The notes beneath the pieces were generated by a model that saw only the letters and a program-made list of their open reading frames with translations, did not search any database and had not been told where the DNA came from. Source: an uncultured Candidatus Actinomarina sp. (GTDB lineage: Bacteria > Actinomycetota > Acidimicrobiia > Actinomarinales > Actinomarinaceae). Taken from it: a stretch of DNA of 64,000 nucleotides. The stretch spans positions 123,719 through 187,718 of the forward strand of contig CACNQV010000001.1 in NCBI GenBank assembly GCA_902622665.1, given 5' to 3'. A program made the translations under genes and the position numbers. Positions 21,101-29,482 of the stretch are shown here, piece by piece (position 1 is the first letter of the stretch; every line of letters begins with the position of its first letter).

Positions 21101-21501
21101 GCTCATTGGACATTCTACATTTTCATTTAACAGAGTTTGAAGAAATATTTAATCAAGAACCAGAAGAACATGGTTCTAATACAAATTTGTTAGGCATTTA
21201 TTCAAATGAACAATTGGTAGGTTTTAAATTATTAAAAGACGGTGAAGAGAACGGTTTATTAATAAATCCTATCAATTTACCACAAGTACTAGAAAGTCTC
21301 TTTTTTGGAAGTAGCTTATCTATAGAGACTTATGACAAGCAACCAGACACTCTCAATAAATTACTTGACTTTTATTTAGATATAAAATTCCCGAGCTTGT
21401 TGCCAGTTCATCATTTAATTTCATTTATCGAAAACGAAATAAGTCAAAACTCGTTTGATAGAGAGCTAAAAGAAAAAGTAATAGGCAGAGTTACTCTGTA
21501 A
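18136..21501 (+). CDS. PLD-family (single HKD) nuclease fused to SNF2/SWI2 family helicase
   Basis: TTG start. N-terminus carries an HKD motif (HPKMYLLEDKDGNKIAASGSGNMS). Helicase motif I DEVGLGKT, motif II VIDEAHHAR, motif VI QRIGRIARLGQ. 1121 aa. Confidence 0.8.
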   Translation: MSYKDLRLRKTVEGSGKLLNNVIKPALKENTKTFKALTAYYSIGSLEAIGKTLDYFLSNDGVIQIVIGDQIDDERTLKGASEKLQKEEIEIFQKKLQEDVELVRNKNSRFTIATIAYLILDEKLQLKVANYKNGELWHPKMYLLEDKDGNKIAASGSGNMSESGFEKNYEIHDIFTNWDFGTEYFSSEDPSEPTKEEIFWRIWNNNDENTEVKELDREYAQKLLERIGNPSKEDVVKHVEQKLKDNQNENLLDFKKDLQTSPIFHEFNLGKSALYPHQINAVQKALKMWPIRILFSDEVGLGKTLELGTLIAYLIKNNLVDNVLVLAPPPLTEQWQDEMKLHFELDFARYDRTKKSWVYKDEEFPSIKENTPLRYSDNFPSLAIMSKSMAVRSNEQHIFLENDSYPDFLVIDEAHHARMHRGYDGSAKKTNFRKVVEQISNEIKHMAFATATPMRKNIDEYFFLLDLLGVEELISEEDYEKSLSIINDFYTDGNNKFNLNDLSLVKDLLIKIIEKSEDRFFHNSPEINSLVNELKNGKDDNAWLFENSKKLIEFHTIYHPTRILTSRNVQENLNKFSEIYKIPKRTLRPSPILPIDISNELNDFFFSIMEYVDKFYQITELAITPDKQLPLGLRRHSLQERFASSFWSAKKSIANRREHLINSLEEFKENKISKEFFENSDENVDEDTIISDLTKSELVSVDWENVIKNCESEIRALNAYVDLAEIVINSTPEDIDPDPKINETVRLFSEHIEKNPGKPLLIFSKYTDTLNEVERAVISYCENNDIPVGYASYRGDYRRIKYANDREHRKAEKRDITRALNNGRVQVIFCSSAASEGLNLQAASYMINVDVPWVPSDLEQRIGRIARLGQKEDEVLIDNIWYPFSIESNMYKRLIDRQRDMSFAIGQFPDLIAEAIKNFVDDKDAKKIEKTIDEINKKKNSYEMRVLNELWIQDGNEPLHPWGNVFRKEILEIMQKLDLNTESIDSNSGSLDILHFHLTEFEEIFNQEPEEHGSNTNLLGIYSNEQLVGFKLLKDGEENGLLINPINLPQVLESLFFGSSLSIETYDKQPDTLNKLLDFYLDIKFPSLLPVHHLISFIENEISQNSFDRELKEKVIGRVTL

Positions 21502-21697
21502 CTAATCTTTTAGCTTCATCAGGATCAAATCCATTAGTTACAAGATCTTCTCTCTTTGTACAACCACGACAAGGTTGCTGCTCTGTAATATCTGTATATT
21601 CTTGATAAATTATTTTAGATTCATGAATTTTTTCTAACCATTTGCAATCTCGAAATTTATGATAGGTTTTTTCATTTGTTGTTATAAAATCAGACAT
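21491..21697 (-). CDS. small Cys-containing hypothetical protein (68 aa)
   Basis: C..C..CRGC pattern, possible zinc ribbon; overlaps the end of the SNF2 gene by 11 nt. Confidence 0.25.
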   Translation of the reverse strand: MSDFITTNEKTYHKFRDCKWLEKIHESKIIYQEYTDITEQQPCRGCTKREDLVTNGFDPDEAKRLVTE

Positions 21698-21741
21698 AAG
21701 TAAAGAGTAACAAATAAAATAAGGAAGTAGAAGAATAAAAA

Positions 21742-22332
21742 ATGTTTGAAGAAAGATTTGGAAGCTTTGTTAAAAAAAACTATGAAATTCATGAATTTGG
21801 TAATGCTTCATCAATCTTCAAACATGATTATCCAACTGAATTTAATGAATTAAAAAGCTCCCTAGAGAATTTTACTCTCAAGAAATCTAATTTGATGGCA
21901 GGAGGAGGTGGAAAGTCAAAAATACCTCCTACTTTTGAAGATCCCTTGTATAAAAATGGATGGATTGAAAAAAATTTTGATATCAGTATTTCACTTGATG
22001 GTGTTGAAAACAAAATTGAGACACATAAAATTGACTGTTTTAAAAACAAAATAGGTATCGAAGTCGAGTGGAATAATAAAACAGAGTTTTATGATAGAGA
22101 TTTAAATAACTTTAGGGTATTGCATAGTTTAAATGCTTTAGACTTAGGAATAATCATTACAAGATGTGATGAGTTAAATGATATTTTTGACACTTTAAAT
22201 ATTAAATCAAAATATGGTTCATCCACAACTATTTTAAGCAAACTATTATTTAAAGTTAGAAGTGGTTCACTTGGCGGTTGCCCCCTTTTAATTTTCGGAA
22301 TTAAAAAAAGTTTATACAGAGATAATTTGTGA
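21742..22332 (+). CDS. hypothetical protein; possible BamHI-like restriction-endonuclease fold
   Basis: IDCFKNKIGIEVEW gives D-x11-E-x-E spacing reminiscent of the BamHI catalytic D..ExE motif. Weak. Confidence 0.3.
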   Translation: MFEERFGSFVKKNYEIHEFGNASSIFKHDYPTEFNELKSSLENFTLKKSNLMAGGGGKSKIPPTFEDPLYKNGWIEKNFDISISLDGVENKIETHKIDCFKNKIGIEVEWNNKTEFYDRDLNNFRVLHSLNALDLGIIITRCDELNDIFDTLNIKSKYGSSTTILSKLLFKVRSGSLGGCPLLIFGIKKSLYRDNL

Positions 22333-22383
22333 GGTAAAAAATAATACTGGCTTTAAAACATTTGTCATGAAGCCAGTACCGGC

Positions 22384-22959
22384 TCAGTATGAATCTACAA
22401 TAAAATAGTCACCACTAGGAATATTCCAGGCTTTAACTGCATCGAACCACCTAAAATGTCCTTCAGCTTCATTGGTATCTCCTGCAAAAACTATTCCCGA
22501 TACGTATTGAAATAACAATGATGAACATTTTCCATTGACATGAGACTTTGATGATTTCATATCAACTGCCCTTATTAATTTTTCAATATATTGAATAGTT
22601 CTTAAGGTAACTTGGCCTCCCGCATTTTTTCTATTCAATCTTATGTAGTCATTAATATTAGGCTTTGGTCTATTTAAACGTTGAGAAATTCTTACTGGAG
22701 CTAAAAACGCGTCTGGATCCTTTAAGTCATCTAATTTTCCATCTATTTCCAAAGAAATTTGCATATCTTCCTTATTAAATCTCATAATTATCCAAATATC
22801 TTTACCAAATTTAGACGTACCGAGATACCTTCGACCATTAAAAGTGTCTTTCTTTAACGCATTTGTAAGAAATTGCTCTTTTTTTCTTTTTTTAAGTTCT
22901 AACTTTTTGTTATCTATTTTTTTATTCAAATAATCCCCTTTCAATGTAAATTTGCACAA
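22384..22959 (-). CDS. hypothetical protein (191 aa)
   Basis: ORF; basic N-terminus; no motif recognised. Confidence 0.4.
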   Translation of the reverse strand: MCKFTLKGDYLNKKIDNKKLELKKRKKEQFLTNALKKDTFNGRRYLGTSKFGKDIWIIMRFNKEDMQISLEIDGKLDDLKDPDAFLAPVRISQRLNRPKPNINDYIRLNRKNAGGQVTLRTIQYIEKLIRAVDMKSSKSHVNGKCSSLLFQYVSGIVFAGDTNEAEGHFRWFDAVKAWNIPSGDYFIVDSY

Positions 22960-23093
22960 AAAAAAGAAGCGAGAGATTTCCCGCTTCTAAATTAAAAAAG
23001 CACACGTTTGTGTGCATTAAATTACATTATATCACAAAATGATTAAAAAATCAATTTTCAGCTGTTTGTGGCTAAGTTAGTATGTAATGATAT

Positions 23094-24839
23094 ATGGGTA
23101 AAGCGACATTTTTTGAGGGAGAATATCCAGAATCAAATACTTCTGAAAAAAAGGTTGCAGAAATTTTAAAAAAATTTTCAAATGAATGGACAATTTTTCA
23201 CTCTGTAAAAGTCCATGATCCCGAAACTGAAAAGCTAACAAATACAGAAATTGACTTTTTACTTATTCATCCTGCATATGGATTTATACAGATAGAGGTA
23301 AAAGGGAAAGGATACCAAACAGATGAGGAGGGTAATTGGTTTATAAAAAAAGGACCAAATAAAGAAAAAGTAGCTTCTCCAATTGATTCACTTGGTGAAA
23401 AACAATCTAAGATAATGAAAACTTTCCTGTATCACAATAAATCTATAAAGGGAGTAGATCTTTTTAATGTAAATGTACCCATAATATCACTTATGTTTTG
23501 GACTGACTTAAAGCGTGAAGATCTACCAATTGCAGAGGTTTCAGAAGTCAATTCTTACTTTGTTGAAGATATATTTATTCCGGTGGAAAGTCTTGAAGAA
23601 AATTTATTACAAAAATTGCAGAAACATATAAAAGTAAATAAAAAAATAAAATTTGATAAAAACAAGTGGTTGACTCCATTCTTAGGAAAACCCTTTGTTA
23701 CTACAGCTATTAATATTTTTAAACCATATCAGAAGAGTTATAAATTAAAGTCAGCAACAGGTAGAACCAGTAATGAATTAGAACTTGCTACACAAGAACA
23801 GATTGAGCATTACAAGATACTAACTGACAGCAGTTACAAACGTCACCTTGTAAGTGGCCCTCCAGGAAGTGGAAAGACTGTGTTAGCTAAAGCTATAGCT
23901 AGGGAAAGAGCAGAAGAAGGTAAAAAAGTACTTTTTATGTGTTTCAACAGGGCATTAGCTGATGAGATTGATTTTGAATTTAGGAAAGAAGAAAATATTG
24001 AAGTCATGTCTATGTGGAAGTATTTTAAACTACTTGGGATATCGTGGGAAGATACTGTTGAGCATGAAGGTAAGAAAATAGTACTTCAAAAACTACCTCC
24101 CCATATTTCATCAAAGTATATTGCGAAATTGTTAGAAGAAAAAATTAATGATGCTGTAGATAATTTTAAATTTGACACCCTGCTTATTGATGAAGCACAA
24201 GATTTTTCAGAAAAATATTGGGATTTTTTTAAATTACTTTTTGCTGAAAAGCCTGAATCAGCTTGGTATTTATTTTTTGACACAAACCAAGCTCTTACAC
24301 ACCCTGAATGGTCGCCTCCACTATTTGAAATATCTCATTCAAATTTACCCCTGACTTATATATTGAGATGTACTGAAAACATATCTTATAAAGTACAAAA
24401 TATATTTGAATCTAAGTTTGGCTTCAAGGGAATTACTGGAGAAGAACCTGAATTTTTAGTTGTAAATGAATCCTCATGGAACAAATCTTTGGAAGAGTTG
24501 GTGGAGTTATTAAAAAATCTTATAGACATTGAACATTTTTCTCCAAAACAATTATCGGTGCTGGTGCCTCACTCACGAGATATAGATTTGGTAAAAGGTT
24601 ATAAATATGATGAAGAAAGTTCTATTGAATCGAAAAAAATTAATGTATCTTCAGTTTACAAATACAAAGGACTAGAAAATGATATTGTTATAGTCGTCAT
24701 ACCTAGCTGGGATTCATTAAATGCCGATTATATACTTCAGCCCCTTAGTCTTGCCTATGTTGGCTTTTCGAGAGCAAAGACTAAATTGTACGTCATAGGA
24801 GATAAAAAAATCCAAAAAGAAATAAATTGGAACAAATAA
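23094..24839 (+). CDS. NERD-domain nuclease fused to UvrD-like SF1 helicase (Nhi-like)
   Basis: N-terminal NERD-like D..E.K core (EIDFLLIHPAYGFIQIEVKG); Walker A SGPPGSGKT; motif II LLIDEAQDF; UvrD-C-like end (YKGLENDIVIVV). Confidence 0.75.
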   Translation: MGKATFFEGEYPESNTSEKKVAEILKKFSNEWTIFHSVKVHDPETEKLTNTEIDFLLIHPAYGFIQIEVKGKGYQTDEEGNWFIKKGPNKEKVASPIDSLGEKQSKIMKTFLYHNKSIKGVDLFNVNVPIISLMFWTDLKREDLPIAEVSEVNSYFVEDIFIPVESLEENLLQKLQKHIKVNKKIKFDKNKWLTPFLGKPFVTTAINIFKPYQKSYKLKSATGRTSNELELATQEQIEHYKILTDSSYKRHLVSGPPGSGKTVLAKAIARERAEEGKKVLFMCFNRALADEIDFEFRKEENIEVMSMWKYFKLLGISWEDTVEHEGKKIVLQKLPPHISSKYIAKLLEEKINDAVDNFKFDTLLIDEAQDFSEKYWDFFKLLFAEKPESAWYLFFDTNQALTHPEWSPPLFEISHSNLPLTYILRCTENISYKVQNIFESKFGFKGITGEEPEFLVVNESSWNKSLEELVELLKNLIDIEHFSPKQLSVLVPHSRDIDLVKGYKYDEESSIESKKINVSSVYKYKGLENDIVIVVIPSWDSLNADYILQPLSLAYVGFSRAKTKLYVIGDKKIQKEINWNK

Positions 24840-24840
24840 C

Positions 24841-26295
24841 CTAAAGTAAGCTTGCCAGCCAATCATGCAGTAAATACAAGTTTTTACAATCTGCTTTGTT
24901 ATATTCAATAATTAAATCTTTTAATTCGTATTCCTCATTAAAAAAATAATCTTCAAAATACTGAATTGATTCCATTCCAGATTGTAAATCTTCAGTTCTA
25001 TTTATACCTGCTAACTTCTCAACTGTTTTTAAGGAGTAAGAACTTGCTCCAATCAACAATGAAGAGTTGACTATTGTAAATAAGTCTATAAAACACTTTT
25101 TTTCAATAAGTTGTTCTAATTCCTTTTCATACACGCCAAAGTTCTGAGCAGATCTTTTCAGAGAGGAAATTTCGTAACTAAAGTAGTGATAAAACTTTGC
25201 ATCAGGATACAGTTCTAAATGTTCAAGTAATTTTTCTATAAAGCTAACAAAAGAATTTTTTTCTTCTTCTTCGTCATCAGACCAGTAGTAAGTGAAACTA
25301 TCATTTTTGTCATTACTCCAAATGCCATAGAGGTATTCAAAGTTTCTACCAATAGTTAAAAACGGGTACCCCTCAAAATCGATATACAAGTCTCCTTTTT
25401 TAGGTTTTAGTAATCCATTTAAAGATGCATCTTTTATTTCATATGAAATTTTATTTTCGGTTGAGTCATTAAAAAGCTGGGCTAATTTTTTGTACTTAGT
25501 AAATGTAGCCTCGCCCATGCCGTCAATTTTTTCTAAATTAGTATTTTTTAATTCTTCAACAGTTTTGATGTCATTGTTTTTTAATTTCTCAATCTGTTTA
25601 GCTTGAATTCTATATAAAAGTTCGAGGCCATTATCTTTAATCCAAATTTTTTTAGCTTCATCATCGTACTCTTGGAGTTCTTCCCCTTTCTTTGGGTATG
25701 GTGGCGTTTCAGGATCGTATAAATTGTTGAAGTCCATAAACTGATTTTTAAGTTCCGCATAGATTTCCTTGTATTCATCAAATTCAACTTTATGCATTTG
25801 CAAATCTCCAAGAAACAAAAAACATTCCGTTACCTGTTTTTTGGTAACTGTTTCAAGAATTTCTCTGTAAACAAATAGTTGCATAATATGTTCTGTTTTT
25901 ATTGAAGATGAAAGCTTTGCATCAATTATGTGTAAGTTGTCATCTACTATTTTTACAAAATCTAATCTTCCGACAAAATCTATTGAAGAAATATAAGGTT
26001 GAAAAATAACATCAGGATTTTTCTCAAGTTCTTTTAAAAATACTTTGTTTGAAGAGTCTTTATTAGACATATCAACAACATTTAAATTTTCTGAAATTCT
26101 ATATTTGTCTTTTAAAACAACCTCATGCTCTTGTGCTTTTGTTAAAAGCTGTTTAGAAATTAATTTTGAGGCATTAATTTGTATTTTGTATTTAGCATCA
26201 ATTTTTTTTTCATCTACAAGTCTGTTTGTTTTATTACACCAGTAGCTAAAAGGTGAATTGTAGAATCTAATAAATTCTGATACGCTATGAGGCAT
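24841..26295 (-). CDS. RecB-family nuclease (COG2251/TM0106-like)
   Basis: PD-(D/E)XK-like HIIDAKLS...QLFVY segment plus a DnaQ/RNaseH-like YIDFEGYPF segment; shares an operon with sbcDC; overlaps the sbcC stop by 11 nt. Confidence 0.5.
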   Translation of the reverse strand: MPHSVSEFIRFYNSPFSYWCNKTNRLVDEKKIDAKYKIQINASKLISKQLLTKAQEHEVVLKDKYRISENLNVVDMSNKDSSNKVFLKELEKNPDVIFQPYISSIDFVGRLDFVKIVDDNLHIIDAKLSSSIKTEHIMQLFVYREILETVTKKQVTECFLFLGDLQMHKVEFDEYKEIYAELKNQFMDFNNLYDPETPPYPKKGEELQEYDDEAKKIWIKDNGLELLYRIQAKQIEKLKNNDIKTVEELKNTNLEKIDGMGEATFTKYKKLAQLFNDSTENKISYEIKDASLNGLLKPKKGDLYIDFEGYPFLTIGRNFEYLYGIWSNDKNDSFTYYWSDDEEEEKNSFVSFIEKLLEHLELYPDAKFYHYFSYEISSLKRSAQNFGVYEKELEQLIEKKCFIDLFTIVNSSLLIGASSYSLKTVEKLAGINRTEDLQSGMESIQYFEDYFFNEEYELKDLIIEYNKADCKNLYLLHDWLASLL

Positions 26296-29200
26296 TTAAA
26301 TCAATTAAGTTTACATCTTTGGATGATTTGCTTAATGCCTCAGCAAATACCTCGTCGTGTGTAAGAACAACAATTTGTGTTTCTGTTGCTAAGTCTTCTA
26401 AGACTTTAATAAAGCCTGCTTGTGAATTCCTGTCTAAATGATCTGATATATCATCGTAGAATAGTGGAAATCTAAAATCTGAATTTTTAAAAGTTTCAAG
26501 TTGCACTGCCATCCTTACTGCTAAGGCAATTGCGGCTTGTTCTCCATCACTGTGTAAGTGAAGCTCTTTATCTCTTGTATTTTCTTTAGATACTTGATAT
26601 TTCACACTTAAAATATCTTCTTCTTCGTCAAACTCAACACCTGATAAGTTTGGATTAATTTTATTGATGATGGAATTTATTCTCTTTTTTAAATCAAGTG
26701 TTATATTTGCTGTGTTCTTCAATTGCTCATCAACTAAATAAAGCGCTAATACTGTTGAAAGATATTGTTTTCTTGCTTCCTGCCACTCCCTCAAAATCTT
26801 ATACTTTTCAGAAAGTAAATCTTCCTTTTTGTAATCCGGTTCTGTAAATAAAGCACCTTCTAAACTGCTAAGTTCTAGTTTTTTATCTTCTCTTTTTGAT
26901 ATTGTCTCTTCTAGTTCATCGTCTATTTCATCAGAATTGACTAAAAGAGTATCAATAGTAAGTTCACTTGATAATATCTTCTTTGCAAACTGATCTTTTT
27001 CAGATTTCTTAAAAAAGTTAAGCTCATTATCATCGAATAAGGTTTCTAGTTGTTCTAGTACTAAAATCACACTTTCTATTTCATCAAGAGATTCTGCATC
27101 ATATGTGCTTAGGATGTTCTTATTCATTTTTTCAGCGTCTGTTATATATTTCTTGGATCCTTTGATTTCTTCTTCTAGTTGTTTTTTATTCTCAAGTTCT
27201 TCCTCTAACTTGGATATTGAATTGTTAAAATCTTCAATGTGGCTTTGAAGAGAAGTTCTTTCTAGTTCTTCTATTTCTAAATCTTTACTAATAGGTTCTA
27301 GTAGTTTTTTTAGGCTTTTCTTCTTAGAGTTCAGATCTGTAGTGAGACTATTGAGTTCTAGATTTTGCTCTTCTAAATTTAATGTGTCTTGATTTAAATC
27401 AACTAAAAGATCTAATTGCTCTTCTAAATCTTCACTTTCCATAAAAGCTTTCGAAACTTTATATTTTTTTATTAACTCATCAGACGCTTTTTTAATTTCT
27501 GTGATGCCTTCTTTCTTTTTGCTTAATTCTTCTTCTAACTTGCTCTTTGAATCATTTAAGGTGTTTAATTCCTCTTCTAAATCTATTAAGTCATCTAACT
27601 GATCGAAATAATAGGAGAAATCCGAGTCTTTAAGGGTTACTTCACCCAATTTATATTTTTTTGAGATTGTCTCATTTTTCTTTAAAATATTCCTTACATC
27701 AGAGGTATATGTCTTTTCTTTGAGTTTTAAAATTTTGATTTCTTCTTCTATAGACTGAAACTGTAATCTTGTTGTTAAATTTTTAACTAGACTCTCATAA
27801 TCATCATGAATTAAAGACACCTTAGACATTATCAATGTCTCATTTTCCACAATAATATCTAATAGATCTTCTAATTTTTTTATATCTTTATAAGATTTAT
27901 GAACTTTTTTAAATGTCTTTTGATTTTCTTCTAAAATGCTCTGGATAGATTCTGTAATTGAAAATATATCATCTCCTCTATAGTCAATGTGCTGTGTGCC
28001 GGCTTTGTCTTCATTCAATCTTTTTAGCTTCTTCTTTGTCTCATTAGAGTTTTGTTTGATATCAAGAATTTCTTTATTGAGTTTTTTCAACAACGTTTTA
28101 TCTTTTGCGGTTATTTTTTCTTTTTTTAATTGAGCTATAGTCTGAGGAGAAAAGCCACAACTATCTATTGACTCTTTAATTTCTTGTTTCTTGTTTTTTA
28201 TATCGATTTTAAGTTTTGCTATTTCATCTACTAAAGGTTGTGAATCAAATTCATTTATCTTGTTAGAAATTGTAAGTATTTTGTTTTTATCACTTTCTTT
28301 TAACTTAGTTTTTTTATAGAACGCAACACTTGTTTTTGTCAGATTTAACTCTTCTTCTATTTCCGTTAAGGCAGTTTTTAAACTTTCAACTTTATCTATT
28401 TGTAAAAGAACTTTTTCGTTTGCATTTTCATACTCATCAAATGCAGTGAGATAGGTGTCTACTTCCAATTCTTTTAAATTGGTCTTTTTGACTCCACCAA
28501 TCCTTTCATCACACTCTTCCAATTGGATTTTTAAATCTACTAGATTATTTCCCTTCACTTCAACCTCTGAAATAGATTCATTCAAATTTTTATAATCTGA
28601 TTCTATTTTTACGAGCTTATGGGTTTTATAAGAATTGGTCTTAATGTTTTTCTTTTGAAGAGAATTTAGTGAATCTAGTAATTCTCCAATATTTTCAATA
28701 TGTTTTTGTTGAATTTGTATTTCTGTTTTTGTAGATTCCAGTTCACTAATTTTTGTATTCAGGCTTACTATATTTTTCTTTAACTTAGCTATGTCCTCTT
28801 CATCATTTTTAGATAAATTATCTCTATTTTCTTTCTCTGTTTTTTCAAGGTCTTTTAGCCTATCGTTTACATCTTTTAAATTGTTTTGAAGCTCTCCAAT
28901 TTTTGTTAGGTTTTTAGTTCTTGTTGCACTCTCTGTTTTATCTGTCAACTTAGTTGCATACTCAGCATAAGACATAACAGCTTCTTCAACATTTTGAGAC
29001 ATTGAACCTGACGCTACGCTTATTAACTTTATTAAATCATTTCTTATGTTTTTATCTAACGAAATTGAACCTTGTATGTCTGAAATCATCTTTGTTGATG
29101 TAAAAAAGAAGTTTGAAAATAATCTTCGCATCTTCTCAACATCATCTATTTGAGGATATATATTTTTTATCTGTTCATTAATATTTTTGTCCCACTTACT

Positions 29201-29482
29201 TCTTGAAATTGAAAGCTTGTCTCCATTGCTGTCAATATTTAAGATAACTCCTCCAGATCCAATTTCTGTTCGTGACACTGCAGTTGGTCCGTCATAATCA
29301 TATTGAAAATAGTGATCGCTTTTTGTGGGTATTCCAAAAAGCAAATGATAAAGAGACTTCACAATAGATGATTTGCCAGAACCATTATCTCCAAGCAAAA
29401 CATTTATATTAGGTTCGAATGAAATTGGCTTGAAGTCAACTAGGGCACCGTATTTTAGGATTGATAATTCTTCAAACTTCAT
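26285..29482 (-). CDS. sbcC: SbcC/Rad50-like SMC ATPase
   Basis: N-terminal Walker A LLGDNGSGKSS; long coiled coil; C-terminal signature/Walker B region (HSDGEQAAIALA, LFYDDISDHLD). Confidence 0.8.
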   Translation of the reverse strand: MKFEELSILKYGALVDFKPISFEPNINVLLGDNGSGKSSIVKSLYHLLFGIPTKSDHYFQYDYDGPTAVSRTEIGSGGVILNIDSNGDKLSISRSKWDKNINEQIKNIYPQIDDVEKMRRLFSNFFFTSTKMISDIQGSISLDKNIRNDLIKLISVASGSMSQNVEEAVMSYAEYATKLTDKTESATRTKNLTKIGELQNNLKDVNDRLKDLEKTEKENRDNLSKNDEEDIAKLKKNIVSLNTKISELESTKTEIQIQQKHIENIGELLDSLNSLQKKNIKTNSYKTHKLVKIESDYKNLNESISEVEVKGNNLVDLKIQLEECDERIGGVKKTNLKELEVDTYLTAFDEYENANEKVLLQIDKVESLKTALTEIEEELNLTKTSVAFYKKTKLKESDKNKILTISNKINEFDSQPLVDEIAKLKIDIKNKKQEIKESIDSCGFSPQTIAQLKKEKITAKDKTLLKKLNKEILDIKQNSNETKKKLKRLNEDKAGTQHIDYRGDDIFSITESIQSILEENQKTFKKVHKSYKDIKKLEDLLDIIVENETLIMSKVSLIHDDYESLVKNLTTRLQFQSIEEEIKILKLKEKTYTSDVRNILKKNETISKKYKLGEVTLKDSDFSYYFDQLDDLIDLEEELNTLNDSKSKLEEELSKKKEGITEIKKASDELIKKYKVSKAFMESEDLEEQLDLLVDLNQDTLNLEEQNLELNSLTTDLNSKKKSLKKLLEPISKDLEIEELERTSLQSHIEDFNNSISKLEEELENKKQLEEEIKGSKKYITDAEKMNKNILSTYDAESLDEIESVILVLEQLETLFDDNELNFFKKSEKDQFAKKILSSELTIDTLLVNSDEIDDELEETISKREDKKLELSSLEGALFTEPDYKKEDLLSEKYKILREWQEARKQYLSTVLALYLVDEQLKNTANITLDLKKRINSIINKINPNLSGVEFDEEEDILSVKYQVSKENTRDKELHLHSDGEQAAIALAVRMAVQLETFKNSDFRFPLFYDDISDHLDRNSQAGFIKVLEDLATETQIVVLTHDEVFAEALSKSSKDVNLIDLNAS

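Noticed and set aside
14282-21501. Assignment of the Dam + SNF2 + PLD genes to DISARM class 1
   Set aside because: DISARM requires the core DrmA (helicase + DUF1998) and DrmB (DUF1998) genes, which are absent. Instead a GHKL ATPase is present, and PLD and SNF2 are fused. I treat it as a distinct, possibly undescribed, arrangement.
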